NCBI GenBank assembly: GCA_010093745.1
Contig: MU006033.1
Span: forward strand, 1-50,273
Direction of reading: 5' to 3'
DNA length: 50,273 nt
Source of the DNA: Piedraia hortae CBS 480.64
Taxonomy: Eukaryota
In this document: piece after piece, positions 21,265 through 31,577 of the stretch
How the letters are laid out: each line of letters opens with the position of its first letter
Numbering within the stretch: the stretch's first letter is position 1
Translations under genes and position numbers: made by a program
Notes under the pieces: model-generated
The model's database searches: none
Seen by the model: the letters and a program-made list of their open reading frames with translations, nothing else
Told to the model about the DNA's origin: nothing

Positions 21265-23088
21265 TTAGGCTTTGCTGTAGGCTTCTTGTTCTCCACATGC
21301 TTGATGCTCTTCCACATGCTTGATGCTCTTCCACTCGAGTGTGAACGCACCAAGCGCCGCCAGGCAGGACATGATCACGCCAACGATAAAGATCTGCCTC
21401 AGAGCAGCGTTATAAGCGATCAGGACCTTTGGCAAAGCTGAAGCTGGGACCAGCTTTCGCAGCTCGGTCGCTCCGGTGTCGACGATTTGCTGGGGTTTCA
21501 GGTTAGGCACAAGCCGAACAATGCCCGATACGAGCTTGGACCCGAAAACGTTTTGGCTGACAGACACAAAGATGGCTCCGCTAAGCTGCTGGATAAACAT
21601 CATGAGCGACACGCCGATGGGCACATCTTTGCGCGGGAGAACGGTCTGCGCTGCCATGTTGCCTTGTTGCATGCCAAGGCCAATTCCGAAGCCGAACAGG
21701 ATTTGGTAGCCAATCCACGTGGCAGTGCGCGTATGCATGTCGAAAGTTGTAATCAGCCCAGCTCCGATGGGCATGAAGATGATGGATGCAATGGCGAGTG
21801 GGTTATAGTACCCTATGCGGCCGGTGATTTGCCCAGCGAGGATGTTGCCCACGACCAAAGACAGAACCATTGGGATGGTATCGATGCCGGAGCGAACGGC
21901 GCTGGTCCCCTTGATGGCTTGGAACCAAGTAGGCAAGAAATAGACCAACGCCATCATGGCAGCGGAAATGCAGAAAGTTAGCCATACGCCAGCAATGATG
22001 CTGCGGTTGAAGATGATATTAGCTGAAATCGTGGCAACTTCTTGCATCAACGCTTCGACAATGACAAATGCGATGAGGAGCACGCCGAACAAGGTGAAGA
22101 GCAGAATGATGCGCCAGTTGCTCCATTCGTACTTGCTGCCGCCCCATTGAAGACCAAGTAGCAAACAAATGATGGACGGGAAGAGGCAGAGTTCGCCGAG
22201 AAGGTCGATCTGACGGAACCTCTGCATGAACGGAAGGCCTGGATTGGCGGGCGTCGAGGGCTTAAGAATGAGCATGATAATGGCAGCTGCTACGGCGCCA
22301 ATCGGGAGATTGATGTAAAAGCACCAGCGCCAGCTGACATTTGTCGTGAAGGCACCACCGAGTAAAGGGCCTATGACGGAGGCCAGACCAAAGCAAGCGC
22401 CGAAGAAACCCATGTACAACGGACGTTTGGCCAGGGGAATTGTCGTCGTCATGATAATAACGGCTCCCGCCATAATACCAGCTGAGCCAACGCCGGCTAT
22501 GGCTCTGCCAATGATGAAGACCACCGAGCTCGGAGCTGCTCCGCAGATGGCAGACCCGACCTCAAAAATGAAGATGTTGATCAAGAAAACCCATTTGGCC
22601 GGATGGAAGGTGTAAATCTTACCAATGAGAAGCTGGAAGCAGCTGCTGGTCAACATAAAGGCCGACCCATACCATCCAATGTCATCTAGCGAGTGGAACT
22701 CGTCTGTCATTGTGGGGATAGCTGTTGCTATGATTGTTCGATCGAGGGCAATGAGAAAGACGGCCAGGAGAATGGCTATCATGGACAGAACCAGCTGTCT
22801 GGTCGGGGGGTATTCGAAGCCGGAATCGGATCGCTTGAGGTTCGCCATGTCGGCCTTGGCATCTTTGACTTTGCTTTCTTGCGCACTGGGATCGCGATCA
22901 AGCTGCTCTTTACTGTGGTGGGAACTAGCATCGTCCGGCTTCTTGATGACGTCGGGCTCATTGTGCCGGCCACCTAGGGAAAAGTCTACCGGAGCAGATG
23001 TGCTCTCCGGGGGAACGGCTGGCGCAGTCTTGTTGGTAGATGCCATAGGTGCAGGAGGATTGGGGACACCATTTTGGGGCAGCGTCAT
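21265..23088 (-). CDS. MFS drug:H+ antiporter (DHA2, 14-TMS; AflT/GliA-like toxin efflux pump)
   Basis: Motifs [77 protein letters not shown] and [12 protein letters not shown]; intronless 607-aa ORF. Confidence 0.92.
   Translation of the reverse strand: MTLPQNGVPNPPAPMASTNKTAPAVPPESTSAPVDFSLGGRHNEPDVIKKPDDASSHHSKEQLDRDPSAQESKVKDAKADMANLKRSDSGFEYPPTRQLVLSMIAILLAVFLIALDRTIIATAIPTMTDEFHSLDDIGWYGSAFMLTSSCFQLLIGKIYTFHPAKWVFLINIFIFEVGSAICGAAPSSVVFIIGRAIAGVGSAGIMAGAVIIMTTTIPLAKRPLYMGFFGACFGLASVIGPLLGGAFTTNVSWRWCFYINLPIGAVAAAIIMLILKPSTPANPGLPFMQRFRQIDLLGELCLFPSIICLLLGLQWGGSKYEWSNWRIILLFTLFGVLLIAFVIVEALMQEVATISANIIFNRSIIAGVWLTFCISAAMMALVYFLPTWFQAIKGTSAVRSGIDTIPMVLSLVVGNILAGQITGRIGYYNPLAIASIIFMPIGAGLITTFDMHTRTATWIGYQILFGFGIGLGMQQGNMAAQTVLPRKDVPIGVSLMMFIQQLSGAIFVSVSQNVFGSKLVSGIVRLVPNLKPQQIVDTGATELRKLVPASALPKVLIAYNAALRQIFIVGVIMSCLAALGAFTLEWKSIKHVEEHQACGEQEAYSKA
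21293..21334. repeat. 19-bp perfect tandem duplication in the MFS 3' coding end
   Basis: ccacatgcttgatgctctt at 21293-21311 and 21312-21330, followed by ccac. Confidence 0.9.
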
Positions 23089-23102
23089 TTTGTACCAACC
23101 GT

Positions 23103-23142
23103 CATTCTCGGGGCCCGAGAATGGGCTGCTCTCGACGCCCGA
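23103..23142. promoter_or_regulatory. Palindrome with Zn2Cys6-type motifs upstream of the MFS gene
   Basis: 10-bp perfect inverted repeat cattctcggg-g-cccgagaatg (23103-23123) containing TCGG-N3-CCGA; a second TCG-N5-CGA at 23132-23142. Confidence 0.35.
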
Positions 23143-23743
23143 GCCCGAAGAGTTTTGATTGGCTGCGCGGACTTTCGGTCTTTGTTTTACCCGTTATCCG
23201 CATAAAAAGCAAACACGTGCCAAGAATAACTTTCCACTCACCTGGAAAATGTGACGATCTTCTCCCAGGCGTATATCTGCTTCGTCGTCGCTGTTTCTTG
23301 TCTTCTCCATGGATGAAGAACTGCGATACCCTAGCTTCGAACCATCTATTGCGCAGCAACAGATGCATGTCCCGTCGCGGATTTTTTAAATTCATCGTTA
23401 CGTAAACCCCAAAGCAGGGTTTCATGGTTGGTCCAATCTGCACCGTGCCCGCAAACGTCGGGATGACGGCTCTGCGGTTTGACGGCTTCTCATGTCCGAG
23501 GATATGTTGGTCTGTGCGCAAACAGATGGAGCCTGGGCTCGAACAGCACAATGACTTGGGAGTTACCATAGTATCATAGCGGAAAGTTGACTGAAGTCAG
23601 GCTCAAAGCTTTGCATGGCAAAAATTCGAATAGAAGTAGCGCATTCAATTTTGTGTCGTATAATAGCCGTCTTTGACGCGTCAACACTCATTTCCCTGTT
23701 CAAACACGTCTTCGCTCTTGGACTAAGTATAAAGTCCTATCGA

Positions 23744-24297
23744 CTACGTACCCTCGATTGTCTTGGCAATGCTATCTATCTGGTCTCCCTGCCTGAACGT
23801 CTCGACGACGTAGACCATTGGCGGATGACCTACCGGGCCAAAAACGCCGCCCTGCTTTGATTGAGAGCCCATGTTGCAATAATAAACTGCACCGTGCATG
23901 ACAACACTACAGGTGCTCTCGTCCTAGAGCTCGGTTAGCAATGGCAGAACCAGGGATAGTGGGCACCTTACAAACGGAATCCCAGTCTTGTTAAAGTTGT
24001 AGACTCCCATGAGTAGGTAATGGTAATCAAGAGGAACCTCGACAACAACAGGTTGATCCTTAATGACTAGGGGGCCTGCATGCTCGTGGCAGAATGCATT
24101 GATGGCAGTATACATGTCAAACTCATTCAACTTCGGGGCATTGTTCTTCGTATCTTCCCAGCCTGCAAGTAGTCAGTCCATTATCACACCCCTCAATCGT
24201 GCTACTTACAGTACAGTTGCTTCCATACAGCGCGCTCGTCCTGAGTTGTGACAGCAAGTGCGGCCGCTGGCAGAACGGAGACCAACCCGAAGCGCAT
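23744..24297 (-). CDS. Small secreted protein (152 aa, 4 Cys), three exons
   Basis: Exons 24297-24210, 24162-23972, 23923-23744. Introns are 47 nt (GTAAGT..CTGAC..CAG) and 48 nt (GTAAGG..CTAAC..TAG), and all junctions keep frame. Signal peptide MRFGLVSVLPAAALAVTT. Confidence 0.75.
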
Positions 24298-25079
24298 ACT
24301 CCTTGAAAGTGGAAAGTCTGAGAGGGGAGCTTCGAAATCAAAAGTTGTCGAAGGTATGCGTGGATCTTTCGCACCTACGCGTTAATTCTGGATTAAATGC
24401 GTCGTGTGGTTGTACTTGATTACGATCGCATGAACGTGACACCATCAATAGTCATACAGCAGTCTTCTCTCAAGAGAACATTGGTGAATCGTTCATGAAA
24501 CCGCGTAAATTAGTTCGAAATTCGAAACATTCCTGTGCTATGCTTCAAGGTCTCATCACATGGCGCCTTCTCTTGACCGCACTGCACCTCATTGTCACCT
24601 ACACTGCAGCGCGTTTGTCAAGAGCTATGACGCAAACGCTGTGCATAAGAGCTTAAAGGGTCATGATCTAGAACTCTGCGAACAACAGTTAGATTGGGCA
24701 GTATTGCTTTGCTGTTGCGTAGGTGATGCGGTCCAAAGCTCAATGGCTGTGTTGATCAGCACTGCCTGGTTGTTACATGGCGATTATCGTTTGGGCCTGA
24801 TAAGGGAATCGGGGACATCCGCACGTGTAGATCACGGCTTCGAATGAAACACCTGATACCACAGTTTGCTGTATTGATAGCTTGGTCATCCATTGGCACA
24901 GCAGTCGCTGAAGGGCCAAACCATCTGTTGTCGGAGTTGTAGTGATGACTAAGCAACACCACCAACGACCAAGTAAAAGACTAGAACGTGAAGTTGCGTG
25001 GTGAGAAGCAGGCGAAGGCGGGGATTATGGGCAACTTCCGTAATGCCAAGTGACTACAAATGTCTACAGACATTGAACA

Positions 25080-27227
25080 ATGACCAGAATCCTATGCGTC
25101 GCCGAAAAACCCTCCATTGCAAAGGCGATCGCAGGCCACCTAGGCGGCCAGTATCGGACTGTAAGCAATCTGGGTTCCATTCGATGAGAAAATTGGCTGA
25201 CTGAAGCCAAGGAACACATCAGTGGCAACAAATTCATAAAGAACTATCAGTTCTCTTACACATTTCCCAACTGGGGCCAATGTCAGGTTACCATGACAGC
25301 AGTGTCTGGTCATCTCTTGAGTCGTGACTTTGATTCTGAATATACTAATTGGAATTTGTGTGATCCGATTGCTCTTTTCGAAGCCAACATCATAGACTCT
25401 ATCAAGCCAGAGCATAAGCCCATTTCGGAGAACATCAAAAGGCAGGCTCGCTTTGCAGATATCCTTTACATTTGGACCGACTGCGATCGGGAAGGGGAGA
25501 ATATTGGTGCCCAAATTCGCAATGAAGCCTGCCAAACCAATCCGTCCTTAGTGCAGCCAGGCAAGACAGTGCGAGCGTACTTTTCAAACACCGAAAGGGC
25601 ACATATTGTCAACGCTGCTGGCAATCCAATACAGCTTGATGAAGCACAGGCAAATGCCGTCTTCGCGCGCCAGGAGCTGGACCTTCGCATTGGTGCCAGT
25701 TTTACCCGACAACTGACGTTAGCCCTACAATCCTTGTTTGGCACGAGATTGAGAGAACAGGGCTCCAAAGTGTATAGCTACGGAGGCTGCCAATTTCCCA
25801 CATTAGGCTTTGTGGTAGAGCGCTATCAGCGAGTTCAAAACTTTGTGCCTGAAACGTTCTGGTCGATCAAGGTTATGCACCAGAAGGATGGTATGAAGGT
25901 GAATTTCCACTGGGCTCGCAATCATCTCTTTGATCGATTAGCCGTTGTGGTTCTGTTTGAGTGCTGTATTTCCGCTAAGACAGCTCGGGTTACAAAGGTC
26001 CAAACGAAGCCCACCAAGAGATGGAGGCCTCTTCCACTGACTACTTTGGAGCTTCAGAAGTGTGGCTCCAGATTCCTGCGGCTTAGCAGCCAACGGGTGC
26101 TCTCTTTGGCCGAAGGTTTGTATCAGCATGGTTGGATAAGTTATCCTCGCACGGAGACTGATCAGTTCGATCGTGGCATGAACCTCCAGGGTCTGGTTCA
26201 GAGGCAGACACAAGGTGGACCTTGGGCTGAATTTGCTCGAGGCCTGACTGAAGGCGGCTTTCAGTGGCCGCGCAGTGGTACAAATAATGACAAAGCCCAT
26301 CCGCCTATACATCCAGTCAATTTTGTCAACCCAGCAACCCTTGCTGCGGACGAGCGCCGTGTCCATGAGTTCATTGTCCGACGCTTCTTGGCATGCTGCA
26401 GCAAAGATGCCACCGGGTCAAAGACGGAAATAAGCATTAGATATGGACCTGAAATTTTCAACACTACAGGATTAGTGGTCTTGGAGAGCAACTATCTCGA
26501 CGTATACCCTTACGATAAATGGACTAGTAGCCAAGATCTACCCGAGTTCCGCGAAGGCGAGATGTTTGAGCCTACAGAAGCTAAAATACATGAAGGAAAA
26601 ACTTCTCCTCCTGGCTACTTGACCGAACCGGAGCTCCTCGCGTTAATGGATGCCAACGGAATAGGAACAGACGCAACTATGGCCGAGCACATTGCTAAGA
26701 TAAAAGGCCGAGATTACGTGCTGGCCCGGCCTCGCGGAAGACAGCAGAATAATGGTAATGAGTATGAACCTGACGATGAGCCAGCGCCAAGCCGTGGCAC
26801 TCCCGGCCGTGGTCGTGGACGCGGCGGAAGGGGTGGCAGGGGTGGAGCGCAAAGTCGCGGTACCACATCTGGCGTGGAGGAATTTCTCCCAACACCACTT
26901 GGTATCGCTCTAGTTGAAGGTTATGACAATATGGGCTTTGAAATAAGCTTGTCAAAACCATTCCTACGCAAGGAGGTATATGAATTGTTCAGACAGGGTG
27001 GCCGAGTGTTAACATGTTGCAGATGGAAGCTAACGTGAAAGCGGTCTGTGAGGGACGCAAGACTAAGGAACAAATGATAGACGAGACGATCGCACAGTAC
27101 CGGCCAGTGTATTTGCAAACAAAAGATCGCATGGAAGTTCTTCTTAGAGTAAGATATACTGCGCATCCTCAATACTTACTGACACATGCGGCAGGCCGTT
27201 CGGCAACGCGTCCTTGGTAGAACGTAA
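25080..27227 (+). CDS. TOP3: DNA topoisomerase III (type IA)
   Basis: Exons 25080-25160, 25212-26975, 27023-27148, 27195-27227. TOPRIM motifs ILCVAEKPSIAK and WTDCDREGENIG, catalytic Tyr in GWISYPRTET, plus AHPPIHP and GIGTDAT. Confidence 0.97.
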
Positions 27228-27377
27228 TCATAACCACATCGACAATACACTAAGTACTTTTAAAGCACACGCCTCAAGAATGGTTCTCCACTTCAATTAC
27301 CCGAAGCCATTTGATATCTTTCGATCGGAAACCATTGCATCTGTGCTAACCACAAAACGTAATCATTGTCCCGTTAC

Positions 27378-28136
27378 TCATAACTTTTCCAACAGTAACG
27401 TAACGATGGACTGCCCAGTCATCCCACCAAACGAGAATGTAGGGTATTTTGCCTCCGCGTGGAAGATTAGGCACTTATCAGCTGGCGCCAGCCAAGTGAG
27501 CAATTCCTCTTTCGTCCAATTGCACGACGTAATGCAAAGAAAACCCCCAGACTTGATCAACGGGACAACCCTCTCCCTATATCTCTCACATGGATGTGTC
27601 GCACCAGATGCCATAAGCGAAATCGCATCAAAAGTGCCTTTATCAAGCACAACGTCAAAACCCTCCATCCACTCCTGCCGGGGCTCATCTTGGAGCAAAT
27701 CCCACCTCTCAAACAATACAGAACTCTTGCCCCTCTGCTCCGCAATTTGCCCCGCGAGCTGGATACTCTGCTCGCTATAATCCACACCAATCATCTCCCC
27801 TTTCCATCCCCCATCTTCATCCTTATCCTCCCTAAGAAAAAACAATAAATGACCATTCCCAGTCCCTAAATCCAGAAATCTCGCGCTCTCTCGTTTTAGA
27901 ACCTGAACGTTGGAAAGTAATTTTGAAATAGCCTCTTCGGCACCACTCTCGCTGAACCAAACCGTTCCCTCGTCTGTCTCGTCTGTTTGGTGGTTTGATA
28001 CTTCCCGCGAATAGACTTTGTCCCAGCTTGAGATATGGATGTTAGTTGGGGTGATCGGTGAATAAGGCTTGTGCGCGTACTATTCTTTTGTTCCTAATTT
28101 GCTCGGCTCTAGCTGTCGGGAGCGTGCGTCTGACAT
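27378..28136 (-). CDS. EFM4: Protein-lysine N-methyltransferase (eEF1A methyltransferase, SEE1/EFM4 family)
   Basis: Exons 28136-28081 and 28026-27378. Spliced MSDARSRQLEPSKLGTKEYWD..DEGTVWFSES, FLDLGTGNGHLL, GVDYSEQSIQLA, VLDKGTFDAISL, ITSCNWT and YPTFSFGG. Confidence 0.93.
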
Positions 28137-28508
28137 GGCTGAAGATGGACGTCAAAACTTCTGAAAGTGCAGTGATGTGCAGCGGATCGGGCCGGGCCTC
28201 AAGGGGACGTCTGGTGGGATGTCTTGGCGCCAAGGACAGCTTATGGGAAGGGGTAGGTCAAGTGAGATGGTTCTGGTGGAGAAAAAATCGAAATTTTTAG
28301 TTTGGGCTCTTGGTTATCATGCTCTTGTGGTGTGGGAAAGACGGTTCGATGTTTTGATATGACTATAGGCCTGGCGCTCTATGTTATATCTGTTTTACCT
28401 CGTTTACTTTTTGGGATTCCTCTACAAGTGAGCAGTTGGTGTGCTTGGCAGGAAGGGAAAGAGAGAATTGAAATGGTATACTTGAAGGTAATATCTTCCT
28501 TGGAAAAA

Positions 28509-29714
28509 TTAGTTAAAAACCTCACGCCCCAAACCTCTCCCTCCCAATCTTCCCCAGAAACACAGCAACAATCTACAGCCGAGCATCCGGTATTTTCTCA
28601 GCCACAGCCTCATCATACGCCCTCCCAAAAACATTCGCCATGGCATTAAAGCACACAAAAGCCCCACAATCATTCGCGTTATCCTGCATATTACTCCTCT
28701 CCTTCGACTCCGTCCACTCACTCTCCACATAAGCATTCCCCAGCACCCTCTTCAACCACCTCCAAATCCGCCCAATAAAAACCGCCCTCTTCATCTTATA
28801 AGCATTATCCATAACCGCAATCTTCTTCACCCGCGGCGGAGAATCATCAAAAACCAATGACCGTTTGTACACATTAGAAAGGAATCTTCTCAGCCTCCAA
28901 CAACTTCACCCCTTTAATCACCTTCCTCCTATTCCACAGCATCACCCTCTCCACATCCGTCTTCGCAATCTAAATCCAGCTCGACGAGAACGTCACTGCT
29001 CGATTGGGCTCTCCCTCCGCAATGCAATCATTTCCCCAAGCAGCAGTCAAATCCATAAACCCATTCACAACCTCATCATTCAACCATTTACTCGCGCGTT
29101 TCGTCTTTGCGTCCTCTATCGCTATATAGCAATCGTTCCGACGCAGAAAGGCCCCCGAGGAGAGTTTTGCCAATTCCGTATCGCGAAGCTCTGCTCGTTT
29201 AAGCAGATCCTTGGAGGCGTCGCCGTCTTTTTGCCTCCGATCAGTTTCTCGTTGCTCTTCTGAGATTATGAGAAATTCGATCTCTTTTATTAACTTGGAG
29301 GGGAGGGGTTTGATCAGTGGTGGGGGGGGGGGGGGGGGTTTTGTATTCGATGTGACGGGCTATGGCGAATTCGAGAGCACGACGGATTTGTCAGATTACA
29401 AGCTCGGATTGCCCGCTGCGGTCTAGGTGGGTTAGTTCCCTTGTTATGTGCTCGGGCAGGGTGAGGAGGTTGGCGGATAGGGGTGAGGGGGCTGCCATCC
29501 GCCGCCATCACGCGTTGTAGCTTACGTCCGGGCAGTGGGTTTCGAGTTGTTGGAGTTGGTGACATGATTCGAAGGCTCGAGCGAGGGTGGTGGTTAGGTT
29601 TGTTGGGTCTGGGTTTTGTGGGGGGTTTTGGATGCTGTGCACCTCGGCTATGAAGGTTTTGAGATCTGTGCGGAGGGCCTCACACTGGGATGCGATGGTG
29701 GGTCTGGGTGGCAT
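28509..29714 (-). pseudogene. Ulp1-like (peptidase C48) SUMO protease pseudogene
   Basis: Fragments in shifting frames: PLIKPLP, KWLNDEVVNGFM, VTFSSSW, NGHWFLMIL, KIAVMDN, WLKRVLG..YVESEWT, QDNANDCGAFVCFNA. In-frame stops at 29508, 29391, 28970 and 28573; frameshifts at the G17 run (29322-29338) and near 28830-28880. Confidence 0.8.
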
Positions 29715-31061
29715 TTTTCTGGGGATTGGTCTGGATTGGGACTCAGTTTGAGGTGGGTAGGTTACGAAGCACCTGCACTGAAGAGGGTGCCGAATGCAGA
29801 TAGTTTGAATGCGAACAATGAAAAATACTCCCCGATCCGATGAATTTGGGATAAGGAGACAGGAAGAGAAGAATTGTGTGTACAGCCATGGTAAGATGTT
29901 GCATCTTGCCCAGTGAAAGGTTCGTCCATCTACCAATTTCCCATGTTTAAAGCTTGAAGTTTGGCATTTGAGTGTATATGAAAAAAAAACCTCGATGGGT
30001 ACATTTTATTCTACTCAAAAATGACCTCCATATTCCCATACACTCCTGCACGTTCCCACCAAAGACAACCTCGAAACCACAGCGGCTCTACCATCGCCCT
30101 TTACACGGCGAGATATGCCCCATGAAAAGCATCCATAACCGGCTGGAAGGTGTTCCAAGAAAATCTATATTCGCCCCCCTTCCGTCCATCTATCCCCTTT
30201 ACCTGCCCAAACGAACGCGTCCTTCCCCATGCATCCATGCCAGTCTTCAAATTCCTCGCTTCACTAAAACAAAAGAACAACGAAAACAAAGAGACAAGAA
30301 AGCGAAAGCAGAAAAAAACATCCAATTGTAGCCACACGGGCAAAAATTGGCGGTTGTTGGAGGGTTAAACCTCCGAGGACTAAAGCGGAACGTATATCAA
30401 CGACAAATGTGTGCATTCAACTTTGACCAAAAGGTGAATGTAGATGTCTATATGTGGGGTGAGGTTCGAGACCTTCTCTACACTACCTCAGTCTAATCGC
30501 ATTCGCCAGGACAACGTCAGCCAACCATGCCCTTAAGCATGAACAAGACAATGACCCGTCTCAGGGAATACTTCCTCTATAGAGGTAAAAACCCTGAGAA
30601 GTTTCGATTTCTACATAGGGTTCTGATCGTGATGGGTGCTACATCCTTCTGACAGCGATCGTTTACTCAGTACCACACATTGCGAGTCATGCACTTATCG
30701 GAGGCACGGCTCTAGTAATACAAACTCGTAGTAACACACTCCCAAAGCACGTGCACAACGCCCCCCTCACTCCGCAACCCACACCATGATGTACACACTC
30801 CCAAAGTCTAATATATGCCCCGCAATGCACAAGCGCGACGTGATTTATGCCCTCGGCCCACTCCCCACAAATTTGTTCGTGTCAACAACACGTCCTCATG
30901 AGCATAATTTCGTGCACGCATCCACTCGCCCGACAAAGTCACGATATAGCCTTGCACGACTCGTGCAAACCTAAAAGCGCCAAGAGACTGAAATAAAGAA
31001 AACGCCCTAAGACCATGAACCCAGTCTGGATGCGGTGATATCATGTATTTTTGTACCACGG

Positions 31062-31099
31062 ACCCCGCATGGCATACCCGCAAAAATGCCATGCGGGGT
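31062..31099. other. 14-bp perfect inverted repeat (hairpin) in the intergenic region between the two Ulp1-like loci
   Basis: accccgcatggcat (31062-31075), 10-nt loop, atgccatgcggggt (31086-31099). Confidence 0.7.
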
Positions 31100-31577
31100 A
31101 TGCAAATATACATTCAAACCTGGCTATGGCAGATCGATTTACGCATGGATTCCGTCCAGTATCAAGGATCCGCTGTGTTAAGGTGCATGGACACCAGATC
31201 CGGGGTGCAGACAATTTGCTATGAAGAGGCCTCCGCTGTATCCCGCGTCCGCTATACCCTGTATCGACTTTACAAACCAACACACTCATAAGACAGCAAA
31301 AAAGAATAAGGCGAACAAGTCCGTCTGCATCTCCCACAAAGAACCAGACCTCATGAACAAAGCCCACCGAAAACGACGAAATATGCACCGAAAAAAAGCA
31401 CATACACATCTCCATCTCCTCCCCGTTTTTGTACATATCGAAAACAAACCTCTCCTGGGTGTAAAATTTCCCCACACGTGGATAACGAGGAATCAACCCT
31501 CCACTCAAGAGAAGCCCCTCCACCACAGTCTAGCATTTTCTTAAAACCCTTCACCACACTCTGAAGTGCCCAACAAC

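Noticed and set aside
3509..28136. tef1 and its methyltransferase EFM4 in the same window as a functional cluster
   Set aside because: They are over 20 kb apart with many unrelated genes between them, and there is no evidence of co-regulation.
30410..30485. Possible tRNA around GGTTCGAGACC
   Set aside because: I could not build an acceptor stem or anticodon arm; it is kept only as a B-box-like motif.
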